From contig NC_043012.1 of NCBI RefSeq assembly GCF_006345805.1, positions 124,001-188,000 of the forward strand: a stretch of 64,000 nt of DNA, written 5' to 3'. This document shows, one piece after another, positions 38,746 to 50,772 of this stretch (the first letter of the stretch is position 1; each line of letters begins with the position of its first letter). Made by a program: the position numbers and the translations under genes. The notes below the pieces were generated by a model. That model searched no databases. It was given only the letters and a program-made list of their open reading frames with translations, and was not told where the DNA came from. The stretch comes from Octopus sinensis. Taxonomy: Eukaryota.

Positions 38746-39197
38746 AAATTGATGGCTGTTTTTTTTTTCATATTTTAATGTCCGTGTTGTTGCTGTTATT
38801 ACAGTTTCCTATTGGGCCTTCGCTGTGATAGGTTTCTTCTTTTGTGTTTTCCTATTGTACTTTTAACAGTTGTCCATTTCGTCTTGGTTTCAATTGTTGT
38901 TGCCGTTTCTTCAGTTGATTTTGACGGACATCGCTATTAGCACTTATTAGCTTTGTAGTAGTTTCTCTTGTTGTGGGGTTGTTTTGTGGTTGTGGTTTTT
39001 GTTACAAGTTGTCGTCGTACAGTGTTTTTGTTGCAACTAATGCTGTTGTTGTTGTGGACGTTGTTATTGTTGTTGTTCTTCTTCTTCATCTTGTTCCTCT
39101 TCATCTTCTTCCTTTTCTTTGTCATCGACGTCGTCATCAGTTTGTCATTGTGGATTCTTCGATGTCTGATCAAACCTTCCGTTCTTTATTGGTCTTG

Positions 39198-39270
<73 letters not shown>

Positions 39271-39347
39271 ATTAATAAATATATATATATATGTATATAT
39301 ATATATTAATGTGGTGTGTGTGTGTGTGTGTGTGTATTATGTGTGTA

Positions 39348-39940
39348 TTTATTATTGTCACGCTGCCTTCTGCGCATGGGTGTTTATAGTCGGTGCTATA
39401 GTTGTCGCGTGATCGAAATTTAAGCCTGATCGCACCATTTTTCTTTCTGGCTTTACGGTGTAAGCATTGCCGATCCTCTAGCAATGTGTACCAAAGAAGA
39501 ACAAAGACCAGTGATCCGATTTCTCTTGTCAGAAGGTGTGTCAGGTGCCGACATTCATCGGAGGCTCTTAGCATAATACGGGGACAGGGCACTACCGCGT
39601 AGAAGTGTGTATGAGTGGATCGAGTGGATCGTCAGTCCACCTCCACCACTGACGAGAACCTTTAGCACGCTTGAGAGATGGTAATGGTGAACCGGTTCAC
39701 CATTACTATTTCTCTGATCACTGTTCTTTGTTCTTCTTTGGTGCACGTTGCTAGTGGAGGGAGCAGTTATGCTTACCCTGTAAAGTCAGAAAGTGGGGCG
39801 ATCAGGCTCAAACTTCGATCACGTGACCACAATATATACGTACATACATACGTACATACACGCATGCGCAGAAGGTAGTATGACAATAATAAAGATATGT
39901 TATGACGAAAGTGCGGATAATTCTAGGCTTCCCTTTGTGC
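39348..39940. mobile_element. Palindromic mariner derivative (two 5' halves head-to-head)
   Basis: Left: CTKEEQRPVIRFLLSEGVSGADIHRRLL..RSVYEWIE. The right arm is an inverted, diverged copy; TIR-like CGAAAGTGCGGATAATT at 39906. Confidence 0.8.
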
Positions 39941-40099
39941 ATATAAATGTGTGTGAGTGTGTGTTTATGTATGTATGTATGTATGTATGTATGTATGTAT
40001 GTATGTATGTATGCATGCATGTATGTATGTATATATGTATGTATGTCTGCCTGTATGTACGTATGTATGTACGTATGTATGTACGTATATATGTATATC

Positions 40100-40650
40100 T
40101 CTTCTATTTTTGTTAATTATTATAAATCCTCCACTGAGGAGGGTGCCGATTTCCGACAAAGATACAAGGCTCCGTCTTTGGGATGTAGTTAACACAGACA
40201 AACTCACAAATTTGGAACTAGAAAAAAGTCTTGCATATTTTTACTGTTCCACTCTGAGATTGCACTTGTAATGAACGAATTAGCCAGTCGATTTCTCTTT
40301 CTGAAAATCCCAGTTTATCCAGATTCTCCTTTAAGCATATACTAACAAAACCTAGCACTCCAATTATTATTGGTATGAATATGAATTCATAGTCTGGATA
40401 TAGAAGCTGGAGGTCTCGAAGCAGTTGTCCATAGATATCCTCTTTTTCTTTGATTTTCAAAGAAATATTTATATCTGCGGGGCAGCTAACCTCTATTATG
40501 GTACATAACTTTGCCTCTCTGTCCTAAACAACAATTTCCGGCCTGTTATGCTTATATTTGAAATAATTTTTGATGGGAATATACTACCAGTATTCCTTGA
40601 GTTGTTGTTTATGAATGTATTTCATAGCAGAGGGATTTTCTATCTATGTA
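40100..40650 (-). mobile_element. R4/Dong 3' end (RLE endonuclease domain plus 3'UTR) within (TACA)n
   Basis: HNRPEIVV*DREAKLCTIIEVSCPAD..KIKEKEDIYGQLLRDLQLLYPDYEFIFIPIIIGVLG...GTVKICKTFF*. Confidence 0.9.
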
Positions 40651-41289
40651 TGTATGTATGTATGTATGTATGTATGCATGTATGTATGTATGTTTTGTTT
40701 TTCATCCGTCAAAGGGCGGAGGAACTCTTGAGAGTCAACGGCCATCCAATACATGTCTCAAGGTTGTATCATGCGCGGGGGCATAGAAATAATCGGACTG
40801 AATACTCGATCGCGCGGTTAAACCATTGGGAGTGAAGGACTCCTAGCCTTTGTTAGGGCATCCTTCTAGGAGAAGGTAACTCAGGTAACTGGGATAACTC
40901 CGACATAAAACCTGCGGCTCAGTGGTTACCGATGACGTTGACTTGTTCTTCTTTTCGGATTATGGCTGCTGTTGCTTAGTGAGTGGGATTGACTCAGTGC
41001 ACAGCCTTTCCTCACTTTAAAAAAAATCTTCTTGCACAAGCATTGCACGATAACAACATTGATTAAGCTTCCTGCAATGGCCATACTTGATAACGAGGGG
41101 GCAGCCACCATGTATGTATGTATGTATGTATGTCTAAAGTTTCCCGTTAGCACCGAGCAGAGAAACTCTACAAGCAAGCGTGAGTTTGGCCGAAATGCTA
41201 CAAGGGGAACTGCAATTGACATTTTCTTCTATCCAACGACACAACAATGAATAATATGACTTTGTCCTGAGATGTGAGTGTATATCACA

Positions 41290-41510
41290 CTTTTTAGTCA
41301 CCTTGAGCTGGTATCCAGTCCTCTTTTCTGAGGTCTTCCTTCTTTCCCTCTCGTCCTCGGCAGTTGTCTGTCCTTCTCCATCACCTCTTGCTTTCGTAAG
41401 ACGTCGGAGTGGCATCACTAGTCGTTACAGTTGGGGGTCGAGGAACGTTTCGTGCCATACCCATTTTGTAGTCGTACCCATTCGCTGGTTTCTAGGATTG
41501 AGTAATAGGT
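41290..41510 (-). mobile_element. RTE-like LINE 3' fragment
   Basis: RGKEGRPQKRGLD resembles the RTE terminal R.RGRPR..W.D motif; decayed. Confidence 0.4.
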
Positions 41511-41511
41511 G

Positions 41512-41746
41512 TCTCCCTCCACAATCTCAAGCCTCTTTCAAGCTGTGTCCTTATAGTGCTTCGCAAATTACACCCTGCTGTTTCTGTCGCTATTTCTTCT
41601 ACCCTTTAACGCCTTCACATCTCTTTTGGTATTTGAACTTTCCCAGCTCATCGCGGAAAAATTTCCTCAACTTGTTTTTACTATCACATAAACAGCTAAT
41701 TCCTTTGCGCTGCACTATCCGTTTCATCCTTTTTATTTCTGTGCTT
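41512..41746. repeat. ~230-bp unclassified dispersed repeat, second copy at 43168-43397
   Basis: Shared CTTTCAAGCTGTGTCCTTATAGTGCT..CCAGCTCATCGCGGAAAAATTT..CCTTTGCGCTGCAC; roughly 85% identical by eye. Confidence 0.85.
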
Positions 41747-43400
41747 TAACTAGGATTAGATCTGGTATGGCATCGGGAACATTAAGGTATAGAAATCCAT
41801 CAGCCTTTGAGCTCCTACCACCACCTTCTGTCATCTTTCACCGACCTCCTCGCTCACATCACAATAGAATGGTGACAACAAGCCAAGTTCAATATTGTTG
41901 TCGTCAACTCTGTCACTTTTCTTATTTCCATGTTCAAAATCCTTTACTTACTTGTACATGAGGTGGCATTCAACAAGGGTGCATTCAGCCGGTTCCGACC
42001 AACGAGTTAGCGTTTCAGTGGAAATACATGTTCACATGTGGTCCCTGGTCACATGCATACACACTTTGTGATAGTGTGATTTGTAGCAGCTCATCATGCC
42101 GTCGATTGTCGACTGTCCCAGAAAATTCGCTGACCATGTTACCGCTGATTATCGGAGTAGACGTAGCTTGGGTTTGAACCGGGTTCTAGAGACATGCTTT
42201 AACAAAAGCTAAGGAGTGCCTTACTTCCAGTGGTCTTCAAGTATGCGGAGCACCAACCCGGAACTCCTTCTAATTCTTCTTGCTTTCAATCCTGCTGAGT
42301 TACTAGCAACCCTCCTCACCAGAAAAATCAAGAGAGAGATGCCAGTTTAGTCGCCGACGACCTGACCATGCTACAAGTTCTGCTGAATACCATTCTAACA
42401 GTAGCGCTCATTAGAAACCTCACATGTGATATGACATAAATCCAAAATACTGAATCGCAAATGTATCAGCGAAGTGTGCCTATTTCATCCTACTGCTGCT
42501 CTCACTTTCGGTCCTGAAAAACACCACAGACTGGCCCACAGGTCCAGGTCCTACCACGCTCAATAAAAAAAATATTTCTTCCATCAAGTCGTCAAGGACC
42601 TCTTTTAGTTTCACAGTTGAAAGCGACTGAAAGAAGCCATTGTTTTATTTTGATTTAAAAATAAATTTGCACTTTACTCGTTGTTTTCTATATTCTTCGG
42701 TCACAGGGACTCTCTCATATTACATGTTCCTTTCATGGGATCCTTTTTTTTTTTCTTCTTTTCAAGAAAGATCCTCTTGTCCAGAACTTGCTTGTAACAC
42801 GAGTAAAACTGGTTCCATTTGTAATGTTAATGTTTTTACATGGGTTTATATGTGTATGTGTTGGCATTTCTCTTATTGAAACTATCAAATGCATGGTTTA
42901 CCGTATGCTTTACCGTATCTTTTGCAATGTTTTCTAAAATGTCACAATTTTCTTTAAAGCCTCTTTTCACACGAGTCGCTTGTTTTCAATATCTGTACAT
43001 ACCGTATTCCATCATCGTCGTCGTCGTCGTCGTCGTCGTCGTCATCGTCATCATCGTCATCATCATCATCATCGTCATCGTCGTCGTCGTCATAATCGTC
43101 ATCATCATCGCCGTAATCATCATAATCACCATCACCATAATCGAGTAATAAGTGGCCTTCAAGTATGTCCCTCTACAATCTCAACCCTCTTTCAAGCTGT
43201 GTCCTTATAGTGCTCCGCAAATTCGAGCCTTCTCTTTCTGTCGCTATTTCTTCTACCCATTAATGCCTTCACATCTCTTTTGGTATTTCAACTTCCCCAG
43301 CTCATCGCGGAAAAATTTGCTCAACTCGTTTTTACTATCTCATAAACAACTAAGTCCTTTGCGCTGCACAATCCGTTTCATCCTTTTTATCTCCGTCGTC

Positions 43401-43439
<39 letters not shown>

Positions 43440-43811
43440 GTCATCCTCATAATCGTCATCATCATCACTGTGTTCATCATAATCACCATCATCATAAACG
43501 TCATCATCATCATCATCATTGACGACGACGTCGTTGCTATATTTACTTTCACTTTCGTTTGTAAATAGTGATGTGTTTGGCTCTCATTTTCTTGAAGTGA
43601 AAGCGATGTCTGATCGACTTACTACCAGTGACCGTGTTCAGATAAAAGATGAAAGCAAGAACAAAAGCGAAGTGTGTAGGAAACTTCAGATTTGATGTCT
43701 TCCACCAAATGTAATAGAAACCAAACTATTATGAAGTTCTTTGTAAGCGAAATAGTACAAAAATTCGAGAAAAAAATCTGTCATAACGTCTCATCACATC
43801 GATAATCAATG

Positions 43812-43862
<51 letters not shown>

Positions 43863-43904
43863 TAATAATAATGATAATAATAATAGTAATAATAAGAATA
43901 ATTC

Positions 43905-44108
43905 CAATTTTGGTACCAGTTTTGTAATTTTTAGGGAGATAATCGATTACAACGACCCCAGTACTCAACTATAACGAATTTTATCGATCTGGAAAGGATT
44001 ATGTAAAGTTGACCTCAGTGTTATTTGAACAGTTAACATAAAAAGAGAGGGGGGGAAATTATTCAGCATTTGTGCCCAACGTGCTAACGTTTCTACCAGC
44101 ACGCCGCA
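43905..44108 (-). mobile_element. SINE family B, diverged
   Basis: ATCGATTACAACGACCCCAGT..GTGCTAACGTTTCTACCAGCACGCCGC. Confidence 0.75.
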
Positions 44109-44139
44109 TAAAATAATTATTATATTTTGATATACAAAT

Positions 44140-44680
44140 GAATAAATTGATAGACTGCACAGCATATAGGAGAAAGAGACCCACGAAATTTTCATTATCT
44201 GTGTAGTGTTTCCAGGCGATCCTTATCTATCAGTTAAACAAGCCGAGAAGATTGAAAATTATACAAAGTCGTAGGTGGAACTCGAAAGAATGAAGAATAC
44301 CACTACTAGAGTTATTCCTAAAGTGATCTCATTCTCGCTCACAACATCATAAGCGGAAAGTGTAACCTCTCGAAAGAGCTGTTCTTCACTCCTGCTCCAG
44401 AGCGTCGGCTGCGAGGTCACTCCGAAAAGCTCTATCTACGACGATTTCATTTCAATCGAAGGAGAGGGACTTTCTCCGTCTGGGTTGCGGATCCGTGGAA
44501 TATGCTGCCGGACGAGATAGTGAAGATGCCAACGAACGCTCGGTTCAAAGTCTCTCTTGACCAGAAATGGCCTGAACTCTTTGTATGATCACCCTCCCTG
44601 TACATAACTCCCTGTCCCTCTACATGGCCTTGCTTTTGCTATTTGAACCAATAAAAATTGAATTGAAAAAAAAGTACTAA
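44140..44680 (+). mobile_element. CR1-clade LINE 3' end with UTR
   Basis: DLILAHNIISGK..LFFTPAPERRLRGHSEKLYLRRFHFNRRRGTFSVWVADPWNMLPDEIV....FKVSLDQKW. Confidence 0.85.
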
Positions 44681-44694
44681 GAGTGCAAGAGTCC

Positions 44695-44890
44695 ATCTCA
44701 AAGCAACTGCCACTATTCAATTCTTTGTCCAACTTAAAATCAAATATGATATCTGCACTATACAAAAAAGTGTCTTGTTAGGTACAGCTTATATACTGTC
44801 AAGGGTTTTCTCTGTCTGAAGTTCCAAACTTGATTAGGAGACCTTAAAAACATCAAGCCAGTATTTTAGAAATTATGAGAAGCTTAAGAT
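44695..44890 (+). mobile_element. R4/Dong 3' terminal fragment
   Basis: IQKSVLLGTAYILSRVFSV* then UTR and TAATAATAA. Confidence 0.75.
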
Positions 44891-44904
44891 AATAATAAAC
44901 TTTT

Positions 44905-45200
44905 CTAAGGCAAAGTCGACCTCGGTGGAGTTTGAACTCAGAACATAAAGACAGGCGAAATACCTATTTCTATTTCTTTACTACCCACAAGGGGCTAAAC
45001 ACAGAGAGGACAAATAAGGACAGACAAACGGATTAAGTCGATTATATCGACCCCAGTGTGTAACTGGTACTTATTTAATCGACACCGAAAGGATGAAAGG
45101 TAAAGTAGACCTCGGCGGAATTTGAACTCAGAATGTAGCGGCAGACGGAATATTGCTAAGCATTTCGCCCGGCGTGCTTAATGTTTCAGCCAGCTCGCCA
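44905..45200 (-). mobile_element. SINE family B full copy plus adjacent partial
   Basis: Near-identical to 30845-31068; followed by (AAT)n 45211-45298. Confidence 0.9.
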
Positions 45201-45237
45201 CTTTAGGATGATAATAATAATAATAATAATAATAATA

Positions 45238-45280
<43 letters not shown>

Positions 45281-45837
45281 TAATAATAATAATAATAACT
45301 GAAAAAAAAATCTACAAAAGCATTGTCTTAAAGGCTTCAAAAGAAATAAGGTCTAAATAATAGTCTGAAAGATTAAATTAAGGTAGACAATGACGGATGT
45401 TCACAAGTCAAGAGCGCAATGGAAAAAAAATTAAAATAAAAAAAAAAACGAAAGAAAAACTAATGTAGACCCCTTAGACATCTTAAAGCAGTAGTCTAAG
45501 ATGCATCACGCACAGCCATATGCTGTGAATTTTAATTGAGTACTCTATGAAACAAATAAAATGATGTTTGAATAAGAGCGAAGAAAAAGAAATAAAATCA
45601 AAAATTCAAAATGTACTGCAGTTATCGAATACGAAATATAACAGAAAAATATAAAAAATATGAAATTCTGGTTCATTGAAGTACGTTCGAATATAGAAAA
45701 CGGCACCACGCTAACATTTATAACTTTATGTACTTCAAATTTCACCGTTTAAAATAAATTACTTCATATGTTTATAAATACATATATATTTACATACAAA
45801 CGTACATACATACATACAAACTTATATATATATATAT

Positions 45838-46212
45838 AAATTAATTGTTATCGACATATTAATATGGCATTCTTATAGATATAAGAATAATCGCTGCCGC
45901 TGGTCAGCTCCATGAGGCCACCGCCTTAAGATAGCTATTGATACACGATCTGTATCCATTAGAACCCTCGAACAAGGGAGGTCAGCCGCTTCACACTGCC
46001 AGTCCGACAGCTATAATGGATATAAGGTTATAATGGATACAGATCGTGTATCAATAGCTATCTTAAGGCGGTGGCCTCATGGAGCTGACCAGCGGCAGCG
46101 ATTATTCTTATATCTATAAGAATGCCATATTAATATGGCAATAACAATTAATTTCCAGTAAACGCTGTCGTAATCTCTTTTATAGAGACTTAGTAATTTT
46201 AATATTTCTATT
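45838..46212. mobile_element. Fold-back element: arms 45838-45966 and 46026-46154, 59-nt spacer, tail to (TA)n
   Basis: Arms are nearly perfect reverse complements; no canonical hammerhead found. Confidence 0.9.
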
Positions 46213-46276
46213 ATATATATATATATATATATATAAATTGATCAAAATAAAATAAAAACATGATGCGAAGGATTCA

Positions 46277-46354
46277 GCGGTACATATGTTTCGGGCCTTT
46301 ATTAGACAGATTTATAACAATGCATAATGTATGTCTGTGGCCTTCTTCAGCCGC
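46277..46354 (-). ncRNA. Type I hammerhead ribozyme, left arm
   Basis: Reverse complement of 46652-46729. Confidence 0.8.
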
Positions 46355-46651
46355 GCACAACAGCTTCCACAAGGACATGTGTTACATCAAAAATTCTTGG
46401 TTGGGGATGCAAATCCTCTCATTCACGTACGACATAATGCGGCAGCAGCATAGAGTTGAAGCGTCCATCTCTTTCTTCTCTCAATGTAGAAGAAAGAGAT
46501 GGACGCTTCAACTCTATGCTGCTGAGAGAAGAAAGAGATGGACGCTTCAACTCTATGCTGCTGCCGCATTATGTCGTACGTGAATGACAGGATTTGCATC
46601 CCCAACCAAGAATTTTTAATGTAACACATGTCCTTGTGGAAGCTGTTGTGC

Positions 46652-46729
46652 GCGGCTGAAGAAGGCCACAGACATACATTATGCATTGTTATAAATCTGT
46701 CTAATAAAGGCCCGAAACATATGTACCGC
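46652..46729 (+). ncRNA. Type I hammerhead ribozyme, right arm
   Basis: Stem I GCGG/CCGC; CUGAAGA 46656-62; A.C then GGCC/GGCC (extended by ACAGA/UCUGU); GAAA 46714-17; palindrome ACAUAUGU; cut after GUA 46725. Confidence 0.8.
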
Positions 46730-46841
46730 TGAATCCTTCGCATCATGTTTTTATTTTATTTTGATCAATTTACTCCACCACCTACACCACCAAACGGTAT
46801 ACACAGGTGCTTATAATTATCAAGTACTCACCCCGAATTTC

Positions 46842-46883
<42 letters not shown>

Positions 46884-47036
46884 ATATATATATAACAAGA
46901 GTAAATAATAGCTTTAATAAAAGGGATATGTCGTATGTGGAATCTCATTTGTAGAAAATAGAAATAAACAGCCTTTGACTGTTATTTCTAATCTTTCGGT
47001 ATGTGGCTAAGCAACCTGCTGCCTGCCTCTTTTATG

Positions 47037-47072
<36 letters not shown>

Positions 47073-47095
47073 ATATATATTATATATATATATAC

Positions 47096-47130
<35 letters not shown>

Positions 47131-47148
47131 TGTATGTATGTATGTATA

Positions 47149-48000
47149 CAGGGTGCGGAGAACATATTGTCGTCTAAATTATGAAAAAGTGAAAATAACA
47201 CTGATATCTCATTTTAACAGTTATATTTACCAAAATTAGATAAAAAATATCTCAAAATACTAATGAGTAAAATTATTCAATAAAATCGCCATTGGCTTCA
47301 ACTACGGCCTCCGGAAAACTACAGAATCTCCTGCAACTCTTCTAGACGGTTTCCTTGGTTGAGTTGGAGAATGTTTCAAGGAGTTTTGTTAGTCTGTCGC
47401 TCAACTGCGCTCCACGCAAAATAATCAAGGGGGTTACACACTGAGGAGTTAGGTGGCCAGATGTAAGGGGTAATGCCATTGCAGATATTGTCTGACAGCC
47501 ATGACTGGGTTCTTTTTCTTGTGTAGCATGGTGCAGAGTCCTGTTAGCAGAGATAAGTTCTTGCACCCACCCTTTTGACCCAAGGCAGCACTATCTTCTC
47601 CAAGCTCTTGATGTAGGCCTCCGTGTTGCGTCTGACGCTATGAGCGAAGATGAATGGAGGCATAACGTCGCCATCACTAGCGATCACTCCAAACACCATG
47701 ATGTTCACTGGATGTCTGATTTTTATCACTCTCGGTACATGTCCTCAGATTGCACTGTGCTCAGATTGACAGCCAAGCACTCTGAAATGTTCGTATTGGA
47801 GTTTCCTGCATGAATGCCAAGCAGTACAGCATGTCGTTTCCAAGTTTCTGGCAGAGTAAACTGCATCATGGTGCTGTTTTCCTCTCAGACGGTGACCAAA
47901 TGACCCTACTATACAATGTAGTCGACAAAGTCTAAAACAAACAATGCGCATGCGTGAAGTTAAAAGTATGAAATGGCGACAATTTACCCATCACACTCTG
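47149..48000 (-). mobile_element. Internally deleted DD37D(maT)-like element with TA-flanked imperfect TIRs
   Basis: TA|CAGGGTG.. and ..CACTCTG|TA; KIRHPVNIMVFGVIASDGDVMPPFIF...QDSAPCYT...WPPNSSVCNPLDYFAWSAVE; N-terminus MMQFTLPETWKRHAVLLG. Confidence 0.85.
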
Positions 48001-48049
48001 TATGTATTTATGTATAAATATATGTGTGTGTGTGTGTGTGTGGGGGGGG

Positions 48050-48420
48050 GTGCAATGGCCCACTGGTTAGGGCAGCGGACACGCAGCCATAGGATTGTGG
48101 TTTCGATTCCCAGACCGGGCGTTGTGTGTGTTTATTAAGCGAAAACACGAGGTTCCAGCAAGGGATGGTGGCGAACCCTGCTGTATAATTTCACCACGAC
48201 TTCCTCTCTCTCTCTTTCTTCCTGTTTCTGTTGTGCATGTATTTCCAAGGGCCAGCTTTGTCACACTCTGTCTCACGCTGAATCTCCCCGAGAACTACGG
48301 TAATGTTACACGTGTCTGTGGAGCGCTCAGCCACTTGCACTTTAATTTCACGGGCAGGCTGTTCCGTTCATCGGATCAACTGGAACCCTCGTCGTCGTAA
48401 CCTACGGAGTGGGAGTGCCA
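48050..48420 (+). mobile_element. SINE family C, full length
   Basis: GCAATGGCCCACTGGTTAGGGCAGCGG..GGTTTCGATTCC; 3' GAACCCTCGTCGTCGTAACC.ACGGAGTG. Confidence 0.9.
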
Positions 48421-48892
48421 CATTAGATGTATATATATATATATATACATACACCCACACTGAAAGACCCCTGCACACGCATGCCCATATATACACTTAC
48501 ATATATACATACACACATAACTAAAGGTTCCAGTGGGGACAGACATTGGTCAAGCGAGCTCTTTGGACTTATGCAGTTACCGCCTACTAAGTTCCACTCT
48601 AAATACTTTTGGTCAACAGAAGGCCGCAATGGAATATACATTTCGAAGGTGCCAGGCACTTGGATCGAGCCCGGAGCCATGTAGTTGCGAAGCAAACTTT
48701 TTTTATCACATAGCAATACATATGTACATACAATTTTGAAATATATTTATTTTTATTTTTTACCGTACACCCACAAAATGCCTCGATATATATCCATTTC
48801 CTCAGTAAAGTACTTCGCAAGGCGACATTGCTTTGGAAATTAAATAAGGGACTAAAAACATAATTGGTATTGTTGTCTAGTGAAAACAATAG

Positions 48893-49033
48893 CAGAAGAA
48901 GAAGAAGAAGAAGAAGAAGAAGAAGAAGAAGAAGAAGAAGAAGAAGAAGAAGAAGAAGAAGAAGAAGAAGAAGAAGAAGAAGAAGAAGAAGAAGAAGAAG
49001 AAGAAACTAAGGAACCTAGTGATGCTGCTGCTG

Positions 49034-49131
<98 letters not shown>

Positions 49132-49145
49132 AACACTACTACTAC
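48893..49145. repeat. (GAA)n-(GCT)n-(ACT)n-(AAT)n compound microsatellite
   Basis: Direct reading. Confidence 0.98.
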
Positions 49146-49993
49146 TGCAGACAAAGTATAACTATGTGGTAATGATTTTTGTGACGAAAACTTGATTGTT
49201 GACATTTAGGGGAGGTTTTGGTAGGTGGTGGTCACATTTGTTACATTTATTTTAGTTACATACATGCAATCATACACGCATGCACACACACACACCTATA
49301 TATATATATGTGTGTGTGTGCGTACATATATATATATATACATACATACATACCTACACACATACATACATACATGTACGTATGCAATGTATATATGCAT
49401 GAATCCATGTATATGTGTGTGCATGAATTTATGTATGTATGTTTCTGTGCCTCTATGTTTTTGTGTCTCCTATTCATCCAAATCTGGTCTAGACAGTTAT
49501 TATAAGAGCTACGGTTTCAAACATACGACAACCACAAGAGAGGAAAGAAACTAAACGAATAAATATATACATATGTAAAAAAAAAAAAAGCATTTAATAA
49601 AATGATAAAAAAAAGATACAAAAATAAACTAAATAAAACAAAAGAGAATAGTGATTTCTGGTTTGGATACAGCAGTAAAAAAAAGAGAGAGAGAGAGAGG
49701 TTTATGGACATTGGTGGCCGTCAACTTTGACATGTTTCCAAACTCTTCTTCCTTTGGTTGCTCCTAAAGATATCAATTATGATTCTATAACGGTACTTTA
49801 TTCCCAGCCCTAATTGTTCTTATGTATTGGAGGAAATACACACGTGTACGCACACATATACGCAAACATACACACACACACACACACACGCACATACACA
49901 CGCACAAACACAGAGATACTTAGACAGTCGAACAAAGAGGAGACAAAGACATACCGACATACCCACTAGCACGTACAATCAAGCAATTATGCA

Positions 49994-50026
<33 letters not shown>

Positions 50027-50144
50027 GCGCGCGCGCGCACACCACCACCACTACCACCACCACCGCCACTCCACGCCATACCCTACACGGAGAAACCAAT
50101 CACCGACATAGACTCACCAAACATACAATCAAAAGCACAGACTA

Positions 50145-50181
<37 letters not shown>

Positions 50182-50547
50182 CATACATATGCACACACGC
50201 ACACAGCAGCCATACACAAACGCGTACCATCACACGTGCATACACGCAATTACAAACGTGCATTTTCACCGATTCATACATACGCTCAAAACAAACATAC
50301 GCGCATAGACGTAAGCACAAGCTTATATTCTTGTACACGAACACAAACACACACACATATACATTCACTCACAGCAGCAAAATGGTCGAAGCACATAGAG
50401 GGGAAAAGAAATCACAGACTGACAAACAACTACAAAGACATAGTCAAGCATACACGTGAACAAATAAATACATCCACAATGCCACACAAGCGCACAAATA
50501 CACACACATTTACCTACATTAAAAAAATGCGCCCTTTTAAAACCTAG

Positions 50548-50772
50548 CCAGCCTCATGGGCCCGGTTTCCTAGTTTCTATGGCGTCTGTGTGTTCCCCAG
50601 CTGAATGGGACGCCAGTCCATCGCAGTGTTACTCATTTTTGCCAGCTGAGTGGACTGGAGCAACGTGAAATGAAGTGTTTTACTCAAGAACACAACGCGT
50701 CGCCCGGCCCAGGAATCGAAACCACAATCTTACGATCATGATGCTGACACCGTAACCACTAAGCCACGCGCC
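50548..50772 (-). mobile_element. tRNA-derived SINE with a family C-like head and different body
   Basis: Minus strand GGCGCGTGGCTTAGTGGTT..GGTTTCGATTCC..GCGATGGACTGGCGTCCC..GAAACCGGGCCCATGAG. Confidence 0.85.

Larger units (their letters stand above)
46235..46845. mobile_element. Fold-back element: arms 46235-46483 and 46523-46771, duplicated axis, ~70-nt tail, in (TA)n
   Basis: I saw 2 mismatches in 249 bp; AGAAGAAAGAGATGGACGCTTCAACTCTATGCTGCTG is tandemly repeated at the axis. Confidence 0.95.

Noticed and set aside
38860-38915. Minus-strand CUGAAGA...GAAAC
   Set aside because: Only 2 A-U pairs for stem II and no stem III or NUH.
41960-42560. Possible Gypsy gag remnant
   Set aside because: No convincing motif in any frame; left unclassified.
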